This document shows positions 1 through 12,999 of a stretch of 46,375 bases of DNA, piece by piece. A program made the translations under genes and the position numbers. Origin of the DNA: Chiloscyllium plagiosum (taxonomy: Eukaryota); NCBI RefSeq assembly GCF_004010195.1, contig NC_057750.1, positions 9,868,062-9,914,436 of the forward strand, written 5' to 3'. Position 1 is the stretch's first letter; every line of letters begins with the position of its first letter. The notes below the pieces were generated by a model that saw only the letters and a program-made list of their open reading frames with translations, made no database searches and was not told where the DNA came from.

Positions 1-157
1 TGCACATCTTTGTGATTGTGGGAGGAAACCAGAGCACCCAGAGGAAACCCACACAGACACGGGGAGAACATGCAAACTCCACACAGACAATCGCCCGAGG
101 CTGGAATCAAACCTGGGTCCCTGGCGCTGTGAGGCAGCAGTGCTAACCACTGAGCCC
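1..157 (-). mobile_element. HE1/V-SINE tRNA-derived SINE (5' part; truncated by window edge)
   Basis: Minus strand GGCTCAGTGGTTAGCACTGCTGCCTCACAGCGCCAGGGACCCAGGTTTGATTCC (A/B-box-like head) followed by V-domain-like TGTGTGGAGTTTGCATGTTCTCCCCGTGTCTG. Confidence 0.85.
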
Positions 158-574
158 CCGAGCAGCCCACTTCTTAATACCTACTGTGGATCTATGTCAC
201 TTCTCTCCAACCAATACAACTTCCTTTACCTATCTTCTAAAACACCTGCTTTTGCCCAGACATCCCCCCACCCCATAGAACCCACTTTTCCAACCCCTCT
301 CCAGTTTCAAAGCACATCTACATTGGGCTGAAAATGTTAATTCTCACTTCCATCTCCACATGCTGCTAGTCCTGTTGAGTTTCTCTTTGTCTACATTGTA
401 GAACAATCAATTTGGCCGTATATTTCACTGCTGTCCGTGGTAGCTAGCTCAACACGGAATGGCCGCTTGACTTTCTACATAACAAGTAGTTATATTTCAA
501 ATGCAAGATCATTTCAGAACACCAGAAACCTCCTATTAACCCTGAAGACTTTTTTTCAAAAAACAAATGAAATA

Positions 575-885
575 AAATGAAAGAACTGCAAATGCTGGAA
601 ATCAGAATCAAAACCAGAAACTGCTGGAAAAGCTCTGCAGGTCTGGCAGCATCTGTGGAAAGAAATCAGAGTCAACATTTCAGGTCCAGTAACCCTTTTT
701 CAGAACTCAATATTCAGCAATCCAATATTCGAACAGAAGAAACATTATTGCCTTCGATGGTCAACAGCTCAAAAAAATTTGACTGTATCAAATTAATGAG
801 CCAAATTTGTTTGGAAATAAAAACTGAAAGAACTGCGGATGCTGGAAAACAAAAATTGCTCGAAAAGTTCAACAAATCGAGCAGC
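575..885. repeat. Two Penelope-terminus-like short repeats (second interrupted by CR1 near 887)
   Basis: AACTGC(A/G)(A/G)ATGCTGGAAA...AGGTCTGGCAGCATCTGTGG motif, shared with copies near 3630, 15175, 18385 and 19570. Confidence 0.6.
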
Positions 886-886
886 A

Positions 887-1300
887 TGGAGTCACAGAGT
901 CATCGAGATGTACAGCACGAAAACAGACCCTTCGGTCCAACCCGCCCATGCCGACCGGGTATCCCAACCCAATCTAGTCCCACCTGCCAGCACCCGGCCC
1001 ATTTCCCTCCAAACCCTTCCTGTTCATATACCCATCCCAATGCCTTTTAATGCTGCAATTGTACCAGCCTCCAGCACTTCCTCTGGCAGCTCATTCCATA
1101 CACGCACCACCCTCTGCGTGAAAAGGTTGCCCCTCAGGTCTCTTTTATATCTTTCCCCTCTCACCCTAAACCCATGCCCTCTAGTTCTGGACTCCCCCAC
1201 CCCAGGGAAAAGACTTTGCCTATTTACCCTATCCATGCCCCTCATAATTTTGTAAACCTTTATAAGGTCACCCCTCAGCCTCCGACGCTCCAGGGAAAAC
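887..1300 (-). mobile_element. CR1/HER1-type LINE 3' end
   Basis: Minus-strand translation LFSLERRRLRGDLIKVYKIMRG...RTRGH...FTQRVVRVWNELP is the CR1 ORF2 C-terminus; tail near 890. Confidence 0.9.
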
Positions 1301-3082
1301 AAATCTGAGTTAATGTTTCGGGAACTTTTCCAGCAAGTGCTGCTTTTGTTCGAAAATAAAACCTGCTTTTGCACTGAAACACAAACTAAAAGGATTAAGC
1401 AACATAAAAAGTTACTGAAAAGAAAATTCAAAACTGCTTGGTGCTTATAATATGCAACAAACATTTATAAATGTCAGAACTAGCATTGAATTATGGGATC
1501 ATAAACTCAGGGTGATACATCATAGATGCTAATGCCAATTCTTTGAAAGAACTATCTAATGGGTCCCAAAGTTCTGTCTGTTCCCACATAACTGATGTTT
1601 GCTCCCTTTACCCAATTCTCTTCTCAAAGTTACTGTTGAATCTGTTTCGTGGTCTTTCAAGATCATAACTCACTTTGTCCAAATATCTTTTTTTGCCAAC
1701 TGTCATAAATCTCACTTCTCCAGTTACTGACCTTGTGGCCCATCAAAATAGTTTCTCCTTATTGACTCTTTTCAGTGAGCATCTCTGCGAAATCTCTTAA
1801 CAGTCGCAGATGAAACATAACATGCTTGTGAAGTGCGGCTTCCTTTAGGAAGAATGAGCAGTGCCAATACAAACTGAATAAAGAAATGTTTAAGAGAGGC
1901 AGGACCAGAGAGACCTAGAGGGTTTGATTGTAAATCTACAAAGGAGACAGGCAAATTGAGAAAATCATGCCTTCCTGCATTGAGGCTTAGAAATGCAAGA
2001 AAATTATGCTCATTATTTATAAATCAATCACTGGTTTGACCCCAGCTAAATTATCGTGTTCCGTGCTGGGTAATGCATTTCAATAAGGTCAGGTCTCGGA
2101 GACAATTCAGAGATTTACGAGAATGGTACCGTGTGTCTCATCTTTCTGGGGCCGCTGCAGCTGCCCTGTGCTCTAAGGAGAGCAACCTGAAGCGTTTTAG
2201 GCTCTCCCTATAACTGGGATCTACCACGCAGTGTATGTGGCAGCCCATCAGAAGAAGTGCCACGTTTGCTCATGCAAGTGCTGTGGATGGAGTCTTTTAA
2301 CTTGGGGAAGTGATTATGCTGCAGCTACCACATGATTGACTGGGAAACCTTCACACTCTTACCACTTGCTATGGGCACTTCAGGAGAACTTAAAGATTGA
2401 CAATCAACTGGTTTGGTTGTGTTATGACACACCTTCTGTGGCCAAGGTGAGACATGAACCAACAGCTTCTGATCTAGACGTTGGAAACCTGCAGTGGTCC
2501 CAGAAAAACAAGATGCACCCTTCTCATAACTCTCTGCACTGTTTCCAAAACCAACATCCTTATTGAAATGCATTACTCAGAACAGAATACAATAATTCAG
2601 CTAGGGACAAACCGGTGATTTATAAATAAGTAGCATCATTTTTTTGCATTTATATGCCTCAATGTAGCAAGACAAAGGGATGGTTTGATTCTCTCAATTT
2701 GCCTGTCACCTTCATAGATTGACAAGCCAATCCTCTAAGTCTCTCTGGTCCTGCCTCCTTTAAAATGGTCTTGATTTAGTTCGTATCAGCACTGTTAATT
2801 CTTCCTAACGGAACCAGCACTTCACAACCACGTTAAATTTCATGCGCAACGTGTTTTCCGTTTCAACGATCCATCCAAGCTTATGACATAATGCTTTGGC
2901 CAGGACATACTGTACACCAGGAAATAGAGACCAAAAGAGGAATTAAAACCATCTGCAGGAATCTCTGTACTTCTCCAGATTTCAAAAAAAAAGAACATCG
3001 AACTGAGAGATTGTACCAATCAAGCAAGATCAAAAGGTGAGGGGTGACTTGATAGGAGTCGATAAGATTTTTTTTAATCCTC

Positions 3083-3357
3083 CAGAGTGTGGAAACAGGC
3101 CCTTCGGCCCAACAAGTCCACACTGACCCTCCTAAGAGTAATCCACCCAGTCTCATTTCCTTCTGACTTATGTACGTAACACTAGCAATTTAGCATGGCC
3201 AATTCACCTGGCCTGCACATCTTTGGACTGTGGGAGGAAACCGGAGCACCCAGGAGAATATGCAAACTCCACACAGACAGTTGCCCAAGGCTGGAATTGA
3301 ACCTGGGACCCTGGCACTGTGAGGCAGCAGTGCTAACCACTGAGCCACCATGCCACC
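3083..3357 (-). mobile_element. HE1/V-SINE, near full length
   Basis: tRNA-like head GGCATGGTGGCTCAGTGGTTAGCACTGC, V-domain, CR1-like tail GGGCCGAAGGGCCTGTTTCCACACT. Confidence 0.85.
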
Positions 3358-3624
3358 CTTATGAAAGGGTTTGAATACATAGCTGCTTCCTGTGTAGGTG
3401 ACACCAGAATAAGGATCATGAACAACAGCCACTGATACACCTAACTGTGAATTCAGGATAAATTCCTTTACTGAAGACTGGTTAGAATGTGCAACATTTT
3501 ACCAGTGAGAGTGGTTGAGGCAAATATCATAGATTCACATGATGGAAGGCTCGATAAATAAGTGAAGGAGAAAAGTAAAGGATACCATAAGAGAAGAGAA
3601 TGGAAACAGACTTATGTGAAGCAA

Positions 3625-3815
3625 ACTAAAAACCAAAAGAATTGCTGGAAATTAGAAACAAAAACGTATTACTGGAAAAGCTCAGAAGGTCAGGCAGCAC
3701 CTGTGGAGAGAAATCGAGCGGCTCTTCCTTCAAACTGAGGAAACAGTCATTCTGATTTCTCTCCACAGATGCTGCCAGACCTGCTCAGCTTTTCCAGCAA
3801 TTTCTATTTTTGTTA
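3625..3815. repeat. Fold-back (palindromic) Penelope-terminus-like element
   Basis: CTGGAAAAGCTCAGAAGGTCAGGCAGCACCTGTGGAGAGAAATC is nearly the reverse complement of GATTTCTCTCCACAGATGCTGCCAGACCTGCTCAGCTTTTCCAG. Confidence 0.7.
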
Positions 3816-5089
3816 TATGAAGCAAACATTGGCATGGATTCACTGGGAAAATGACCAGCCTGTGTGCAAATACTGCGTAAAACCAGACACACGGGAATTG
3901 ACTTCAAGGCTCTAATCTCACTTTAAGACAAGAAAAGTAATGTTTATTGAAAAAAGTCCACTGAAGGTCATCACTCTTAAGGCACTGTGCTGGCTCCCTC
4001 ACCATCACATCTTGGTCAGTTCTGCTTAGCTTCTTTGTAATAATCAGCTTTGCAAAGAACTACTTCCTCAATCAGGATAATTCAACAGAATGACAGGATG
4101 CGCATACACAACGATGCAGGCCATGAGTCTGTATCATTCGGCCTTCTTGGCTCAGCTTTCATTTTAAGATTATTTTGCCCGATTTCTCCCACTGGAGGAC
4201 ACAGTTTCTCCACATCCCTCAGCAAATGTTTTTGTTTAAAATATTAAGCAGTGATCAGATTATATCCCACAAACTTCTATATTCATGGGAATAGAAGCTA
4301 TGTGTATGAAGTCTGTCGTCATGGTTTAACCTTCAGAATGCAAGTATCATTCTGGTGCAATATGGTGTTCCTGACTAACAAACCAAAGACATCAATATGA
4401 GGTTTCCAAATCCTTCAAGTAAAATGATACAAATTCTTGCAATAATGACAGCCATTGGAGTCACAGATGGAAGGTTTTTTTAAAAATCTGCTTAGAACTG
4501 AAACAAAGACCATATCTTGGGAATAACAACGGAGGGGAGATCTGATTGAGGTCCTTAAGATTACCAAAGGATTTAGCGGAGTCAACCCCACAAGCTTGCA
4601 AGAGAAACCAAAATGAACGGACCATAATCATAAGATAGCCACTGATAAATCCAACATGGAATTCTGAACAGAGTCCAGTTAGAATGGGGAACTTACCACC
4701 ATATGGAGTGGTTGAGGCAAATCGCATAGATGCATGAGACAGGGCGCTGGATAAACATGTCAGGGAAAATGAAATAACAGGTTACCTTACAGGACCAGAT
4801 GGCCTGGGTGGAATAAAAACAATTGTGAAGACCTTTTGAGCTGAATGACCTGTTACTGTACTGTTTGTTTTGTTACATTTTAGTAAGGAGGATTGTAATG
4901 GTTAACTTTTTACACTGCTTTCCTCATTTTTCTGCTTTGCACCTAGGATTCAGTGCCTAGGTACCTTTGTACCCAAGATGACGCTGCAAGTGATGACCTG
5001 TAACCCTTTCACTGTACTTCTGTGAGCACGTGACAATAAAGCTATTTCAAAATAACACACAATAATTTAAGATTTTTGAATTTATCACT

Positions 5090-5960
5090 CCATTTGTTGC
5101 TGAGACCCTCAAACATGCTTTTGTTGCCTTTCAACTTGACTATTCCAATGTTTCCCATCTTCCTTCCTCTATAAATGACATCGAAAACTCTGTCACCTAT
5201 TCATTAAATCGCAACAAATGTTATTCACTCACTAGCTCTGCACTTGTTGAACAACACAGGCTCCCAATCCTCAATACCATCATTTTAAAGTTCCTATCCT
5301 TGTGTTCTCCTGCATTCAGGTGTGAAATGAAGCAGGCCAGCTTACAATGCGAACATTAAAACTGTGTGTGGTAAGTGAAACATGATTAAATCGTTACGCT
5401 CCGCACTATTCCATTTCTTGTTGATTCAACTTATGACAGATAAGCAAAATTTCAGACATAACTTTAGACCATTTATTTTTGTTTGCGAATCCACAGGATT
5501 GTCTACTCCAGAGAATCATGGATGCTGTATCATTGATTATAGCTACAGCAGAAATAGATTTCAGGACTCTCAAGGAATCAAGGGACATGGGGCAGGTGGG
5601 AAAGTTGAATTGAGATCCAACATCAACCATAATTGTATTAAATAACAGGTCAGACTTAACAGGTTGTTTAGACTAGCCCTGCTCCTAATCTTGTGATTAA
5701 ATCCATACATAGCCTTACCCCTCCCTCTTTCTAAATCGTCTTCCAGGATTACACCTCTACAAGAACTGGTCTCACAGCACAGGCCTACCGCATGTCACAA
5801 TTTCATCACCCCCTCCCCAATGCATGACATGCCCTCAGGCATCTAGGTTCTAAGCTCTGAAGTTTCCTCCCAAAGGCCTCTGTCGTTCCCTCTCCTCCTT
5901 TAAGATCACCAACTTGAACCTACCTGCTCTAAAGTCTCTTTCTTTAAAACACCAGCTCTA
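5090..5960 (+). mobile_element. Old L2-like LINE 3' fragments (interrupted by a CR1 tail at ~5500-5695)
   Basis: Degenerate L2-like text (CATGCTTTTGTTGCCTTTCAACTTGACTATTCCAATG...; CTAAGCTCTGAAGTTTCCTCCC...CTCTCCTCCTTTAAGA). Assigned by resemblance only. Confidence 0.5.
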
Positions 5961-8289
5961 ATATTGCACATATTGACACTTCACACAGGCAGCTGTGTGA
6001 AACAAGAAACAGAGATCATAAGCACAGCTCGCATAGGAATTTGTAGAGAGGCTGAGTGATGGAAAAGCAGCAGCGGGTCAAGAAAAGATGTCCCTAAAGC
6101 AACGCTCTGGAGTAGAAACATATGTATTTAAATGATGCCTTTCATAGCCTCAAAGCTCCTTGCAGCTGTGGAAGTATTTTGTTGTAATGCAGAAATGTGC
6201 AGTTTGCGACTTCCTCAGATAAATTCAAATGGAACCGCTCTGGATTGGTTGCAATCAGCAAAACTAAATTCAATAAATCGTTTCTCCCAAGTGGTGGAAG
6301 CATGCAAAATGCTCTGAGAAAGAATTCAAAGAGGGGTGGAAGTGTGGAATGTGCTCCAGACAGAAGGTAAAAGTCTTGGTATGGGTTGTATGTTGGAAGA
6401 GAAGGATCCCCTAAAATAGTGTTTCTCTAGCTGGGATCTGCAGATTCTTCTTGGAAAAGTGAGGTGCTGCAACAGCTTTCCAGAGGGTCCATAAAACTGT
6501 TGATCAGTACGTAAGTAGTACCTAAAGAAAGGTTTGGCGTGACTCTGGGGCAGGAGTGCGGTATGGTGACAACATGTACTGCGCAGTGAACTGGCTGTCT
6601 CTCCTATGGAGTAATGCTGAGTAAAGCAGAATGCCCAGCAACAAGACTCGTGGTTACAAAGGCTGGTGCCAAATGAGTCCAACTTTGAAGAAAGATTTTA
6701 AATATATTAAGCACTTGAACTCAGGGATGTGGCACCGAGTACACATTTGCCCAAGTATTGAGGACAGGACAGCATCGCATCGCAATTTTGAAAAGCAGCC
6801 CTTCGAATAAAAAGGTTCTGTCAACACGCCCCGACTACTCCAGCTCTACTTTCACTCAGTGGAAAAATAACTCTCCTCGCAATACCACCAAAGAAACCAC
6901 CAAGCTAAAAATAATGAGAGGAACCCTGACTAAACCACTCTACCTTTACGAGAAACCATCAAAGTCGACAATGATAAAAAGAAAATTAACACTGTGATTA
7001 CATGGGGCCAGGTTCAAGCAGTGAAAGTCTGAGGTAAGCTAGGAAAGGAGGAGCTTGGTGTCAGAAACTGCCACACATCTTAATCCCAACCTAGAGAAGA
7101 GGTGAGAAGAGAGGGGAGAGAAAATGTGTCGAAAGCAATCATTTCAGCTTTGGGGAAACCAATACAGAAGATCTCAGGCAGAACATAAATACGAGCAAAA
7201 TGGAGAGAAGTTGAAGGCGAGATGCGATAGTCCCCAATAATGGTATTCTGTCCAAGAGTGAAAGATATATTAGAAAGCCTCCCTCTCCTTATTAGAATTG
7301 CATAGTAAATATGGCACTGAATGATGCTATTCAGCCCACTAAGTCCATGCCACCTCTCTGCAAAGTAATCCAATTGTGCAAGCTTATGTTAGCTTCACAC
7401 GGGCTTCAATTTAAGGTGAAGGGCTGCTGCTCACGCTACGATCACCATCAAAGTCTGCACAGAGAATCAGAGAAGCGAGCAAATGATGCAAAGTTTGAAC
7501 TTTAAAAGGTCAGAGGTTTCTGGAAAGGAATGGATTGGATTGACAAGTTCCACAGCTTTGAGACATCTCAGTGGTGGGAGCTGCTGATATTCAAATTGTC
7601 TGGCACAATAGATCCAACTTACTTCTTGGAGGCAACCTCTTTCCATTCATGAGCCACGTAGACCATTAACCAGTCTCCAGGCTTGCTGTAAAATCCACAT
7701 CCCCTTCTGCCCATTGAATTATGATGCACTTATCCTGCAAGCAACAGGAGCAATGTTCAGCCTTTACTTCAGTAGCTAATAAGCCCCAAACTGCAGCAAT
7801 TGCTATATCAGTAGGAAATGAATGCTGGCCAAAATCAGACAAGGCATTTACTATTTGACCAAGACATACAATAACTGAGCCATAATAAACCAATACACAA
7901 TGCAGAAGCCAGAGCAGCCAATGGCTGTTTCTTCAGACCGGAGGGAGGTGTATAGTCATAATCCTCCAGAATTCAAAGCCAGGAACACCACTGTTTTTGA
8001 TTTACATTAATAGTTTGGATGAGGTATGGGCATAATTTGCAGATGAGACAAAACCTGCAAAAATGGTAAAGTAAGGAAAACAGTATTGGCTTCAAGAGGC
8101 TGATGTGAGGCCATCAGTTTTGGAGAATGAATGAGAAACAGTACAAGTTAAAAGAGAGACTGGGGATATGTATGCACAAATCCTTCAAGGCAACAGGTCA
8201 GGTTACTGAACTAGTTAAAGCATACTAAATACTGCACCTTATAGATTGAGTATTGGAGTCCAAAGAAACATTTGGCAAACTAACTGTAG

Positions 8290-10410
8290 AAGAGCCCTTG
8301 GGGAAGACTGACTATAATACGACAGAATTCTTCATTAAGATGGAAAGTGAGGTCGTTGATTCTGATATTAACATCCTGAATTTAAATAAGGGATGTTACA
8401 GTGCTATGGGGTACGAGCTGACTATGATAAATTGGAATGTTACTTTAGAAGGATGATGGTGGATGGTCATTGGCAAATATTAAATAGCACATGGAGGAAC
8501 TGCAACAATTGTTCAATCCTGTCTGGCACAAAATTAAATGGGGAAAAGTGGCCCAACTGTGGCTAATAAGGGAAATTAGGAAGAGCATTAGATCAAAGAA
8601 CAAGCATACAAATTAGCCCCCCAAAAAAAGCAGCAGACCTGAGGATTGAGAGCAATTTAGATTTCAGCAAAAGAGGACAAAGGGATTGATTAAGAGGAAA
8701 ATAGAGTAAGCTTGCAGAGAATGTGCAAACTGACTGTAAATGCTCCATTGGTGTATGAAGAGAAAAAGATTACTTAAGGCAAATCTGAGTCCCTTACAGT
8801 CAGAAACAGGGGAAGGTATAATGGGAAATGAAGAGATGGCAAACCAGTTAAATACATATTTTGTTTGTTCGCAAAAGGAGGATACAAATAATACCCCAAA
8901 AATATTGGCGAACATAGTGTGTAATGATAGGAGAAACTGAAGGAAATCAGTATGAATATGGAAATGGCTTTGGGGAAATTGATGGGATTAAAGGCAGATA
9001 TATCTCAAGGGTCCAATAATCTACTCCCCAGAGTACTTCAGGAAGTGGCCCTGGAAATAGCAGCTATATTGATCATCTTTCCAAGTTCTATAGACTCTGA
9101 AACAATTCCTGCGTATTAGAGGATACCTAATGTAGCCCCACTATTTTTTTAAAAAGCTAGAGAGAAAACGAGGAATTATAAATCATATAGCCTGACATCA
9201 GTAGAGGAGAAAATGCTAGAATCCATTATAAGAGATTTCATAGCAGAACACTTGGAAAACAGTGACATGATCAGGCAGAGTCAACATGGATTTACAAAAA
9301 GGCAAATCATACTCAACAAATCTACTAAATTTTTCGAGAATGTAACGACTAGAGTTGATGAGGGGAAGCCAGTGGATGTGGTTGACTTGGATTTTCAGAA
9401 AGCTTTCGAAGAGGTTCCAGATAAGAGATTACCATGTAAAATTAAAGAGCATGGGATTGGGGTTAGTGTACTGAAATAGTTAGAGAGCTGGTTGATAGAT
9501 AGGAAATAAAGTAAAAATAAATTGATTTTTTTTTTCCAAATGGCAGGCAGTGACTTGCGGGGGGGGGGGGGGCATCACAGAGATCAGTGCTTGGGCTCCA
9601 GCTATATCAATCAGTGATTTAGACAAGGGAACTAAATGTAATGCGCCAGGTTTGCAGACACTAGAAAACTGGGTGGAAGGTGAACTGGGAGGAGGATGCA
9701 GAGACACTTTGAACAAGTTAAGTGAGGGGGCAAATGCAAGGCCAGTAAAATATAACGTTGTTAAGTGCGAAGTTATCCATTTTTGGTAGCAAAAACAGGA
9801 AGGCAGTTTATTGGAATGATGACAGATTGGGAAAGGTGGAATGAGACCTGGCTGTCCTTGTACACCATCATTGAAAGTAAGCATGCAGGTGCTACAGACA
9901 GTAAAGGCAGCAAATTGTGCTTTGGTCTTCAAACTGAGATGTTTTGCATACCGGAGCAAGGATGTCTTGCTGCAATTACACAGCCCTGGTGAGACGACAC
10001 CTGGACTATCGTGTGCAGTTTTGGTCCCTGATTTGAGGAAGGATGTTCTCACTGTCGAGAGACTGCAACCAGGATTTACAGACACTGATTCCTTAGATGA
10101 TACATGTGAAGACAGACTAGATCGGTCAGGACTAATTTCACTGCAATTTAGCAGAATGAGAGAAGGATTCACAGAAACCTATAAAATTCTAACAAGACTG
10201 GGTAGGTTAAATGCAGGAAGCAGTTGAGGCAAAAGTATTGAATGTTTTCAATGAGTTCGATATAGGTCTTAAGGCTGAAGGGATCAAAGGATATGGGGAG
10301 AAGGCAGGAACAGGGAACTGAGTTGGATGATCTGCCATGATCACATTGAATGGCACAGCAGGCTCCAAAGGCCAAATGGCCTACTCCTGCTCCTATGTTC
10401 TATGTTTCAC
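8290..10410 (+). mobile_element. Decayed ~2.1 kb CR1 LINE (ORF2 linker and RT remnants plus 3' tail)
   Basis: Frameshifted pieces MLESIIRDFIAEHLENSDMIRQSQHGFTK...VDVVDLDFQKAFEEVPDKRL, KCEVIHF, YRSKDVLLQL; tail repeats CCTATGTTCTATGTTTC at ~10392-10408. Confidence 0.9.
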
Positions 10411-12254
10411 AAGCCTTCTCCCCTAAATTCATCCATGCTGTTCGCTTCATCCACTCCCTGTGGTGACAAGTGCATATTCTCACCATCCCCTGGATAAAGA
10501 GGCTTCTTCTGAATTGCCCACTGGATTTCTTGGGCAACTACCTTAAATTGATGATCGCAAGTTATGCTCTTTGTCTATTCTTTCAAAACCCTCATGGCTT
10601 AGTCTTTTTTCAGAGTCAACCTGGTCCTCCTCTTCCCAATAGTCTATGTCTTTCCTGTACTCTGGTGCAATCCCTGTAAACACCTTTTCACCCACTCCAC
10701 TATCGCTATCTTTTCTAATGACAACCAAAATTATACACAGTACTCCATTAATAGTTGCACCACGATTCATAGGAAATAGAAGGAGGTGGTCATTTAGTCC
10801 CCTGTGCCGACTTTCTTATTCTGGACCACAGTTGATCTTCTCGACACCAGTTTCTTGCACTGACCTTGGATCCTACAATATATTTCTAGATGTTAAAGTT
10901 ATCAGTCTCTGTCTTGAGTATGCTCACCAACTGAGCCAGCTGAAGTGGAGAATCCTAAACATTCATAACCCTCTGACTGAAGAAATCCCTCCTCATCTCA
11001 GTTCCAAATGATCTATCCCTGATTCTGAGACGGCGTTTTCTGTTTCTGGAATATTGCCACCACTGCCTTAGCTAGCAAAAAACATCCAGTCATTTAACAT
11101 GACTTATTTATATTTAAACAGAAATAATCCCAAATGAGTGGCTTGTTTATGTTGCGATATTATTGCCATGCTTTATTTCTCTTATTGATCTGTGTGTTTG
11201 TACTTTCAGATATCTTCACTCCTGCCCCTCCCCACCCCATTTGATAACATTTTCCACGTGATATTACTTCTTTTATCCAACTGTGATTGCCCACACTAAT
11301 CTATGTTGAAATTCATTTGTAAATTATACGTGAATATTAATAGTGGGCACAAAACTGCCAGTGTGTTATAAAGCTGTTCTGGTTGACTAGTATATTTTAG
11401 GGGAAGAGATTTATTCGGGTTAAATGTGATTCTAGACTCTCAGCAATGTGGGTGGCTCTTAACTGCCCTCTGATACAGATAGCAAGATACTCAGTTGTCA
11501 GCATTCTCTCAAGGGTAATACTGGATAAATAAATACAAAATAAGGGGTTTTAGGACAGCTGACTGTGGAGGTTTAGAGGAGGAAATTCAAAAGCTTAGGG
11601 TGCGAGCCAGTGAAGGTATGGATCTGTAAACCTGTGCTGTGACATATTAGAATTGTGATTCCTAGGCTTGTTATGCAATTCCACTTACCCTGGCTTCACC
11701 CAAATACTGGGAACTGTGCCTTCAGCAGTCTGAGCTCCAAATAATGTTATCGTTAAAACCTGTCTTTCCATCTCCCTCTGCTCTTTTAAAAGCCTTCTTA
11801 ATGAGCAGATTTTTAGTAATTCCTTCTAACATCATCTTCATTGACTGTGTCACTGTTCGACTATTATTCAGTGGTTAGGTTTTCTACATTAATGGCGAGC
11901 TGCAGATACAAGCTGTTGTCATTGGTAACAGAACCTATGTTGCATTTTTACCGGTAGAATTAATATTTCCAAACAGGTAGCAGCCTTTTTCTTTCATACA
12001 ATACTAAGTAATAAAGTAACCACAGCCCCCAACCAGATCATATTCCAATGCAGATCCCAGCATCCACTTTGACTTAGCAGTAGCACTTTCTTATCGCAGA
12101 TTGACGTTTGTCTGTCTGTAAGATGTTCAAAAGACAAGACAACAATATGAACTAGAATATCAACTGCCTTTATCTGCTAAGTATATCTTCTGTTGCTTAA
12201 TAAAACATCACGGCATCAAGAGTCTCCTTGGCTAAAAATTATTGTCTGGTATCT

Positions 12255-12570
12255 GAACCTCCTAGGTTCAGGCCACCCACCAAAGATTTGAACCCATTAT
12301 TTAGGCTGAAACTTCAATGGAATGCAAAAAGAAAGCTGCATTGTCAGAGAGATGTTAAACCTGAAACCCTGTCTTCCCTCTCAGGTACACCTAAGGAAAG
12401 GGTATTATGGTCAATATTTCTCCCTCAATTAACATCATAAACAGAATGTATCCTATTACTTTGGAAGTCTGTGTAAATTGACTGCCTTGTTTCTTACATG
12501 ACAAAACGACGATACTTCCAAAGTATGGGAATTGACGATAAAGCATTTTGAGACATTCTGAAGTTCACAG
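12255..12570 (+). mobile_element. DeuSINE-like (SacSINE1/AmnSINE1-related) degenerate SINE
   Basis: GATGTTAAACCTGAAACCCTGTCTTCCCTCTCAGG...CAATATTTCTCCCTCAATTAACATCA...AAATTGACTGCCTTGTTTCTTACAT...AAGCATTTTGAGACATTCTGA resembles the Deu-domain and tail as I recall them. Confidence 0.55.
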
Positions 12571-12999
12571 AATTATAGAAACTTATAGAGCACAGAATTC
12601 TGCCATTTGGAGCCACTATGTCCATGACTGCCAAAATACAGCTATCCAGAATAATCCTGTCCTTGTTCCATGATCCTGCACATCAAGTTCATATACAAGT
12701 ATGCTTTAAATGCAATGAAGAATTCTGCCTCTCCGCTCTTTCAATCGGTGAGTTCCAGACTAACCCTAACCCCACTCAACATGAAAATAAATTCTTCCCT
12801 ATTCCCATCTATGCAGTGAATGTTTTACATCTGGTTATTGACCTGTAAGAAATAGGCCCTCCCAATCCAGGCCCCTCATTATTTTATACATGTTGTAAAC
12901 TTCCCTTCTGTCTCCTTTGTTCTAAGGAAAATAAGTTCAGCCTATCCAATCTTTCCTCAAGGCCACGTTGCAATGGTGTCACAGAAATGCAGATGCTTC

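Noticed and set aside
1..157. tRNA-like A/B box sequences (also near 3350, 20060, 24040 and 24490)
   Set aside because: Heads of tRNA-derived SINEs followed by V-domain and LINE-like tail; no complete cloverleaf.
4003..4047. Possible short minus-strand exon LIITKKLSRTDQDVM|GTGAGG
   Set aside because: Weak AAG acceptor, 45 nt, no recognisable homology. Similar weak candidates at ~2363-2488 and ~11689-11759 were also unsupported.
7417..7464. DFDGD peptide after an acceptor-like site on the minus strand
   Set aside because: Five-residue coincidence with the RNA polymerase motif; the frame stops within 15 codons.
7623..7734. Possible minus-strand exon (ttgcAG...AAGAA|GTAAGT) for the CpG-island gene
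   Set aside because: Stop codons in all three frames from that acceptor and no recognisable protein similarity.
9480..10172. 230-aa minus-strand ORF
   Set aside because: Antisense to a decayed CR1 RT region; no independent coding signal.
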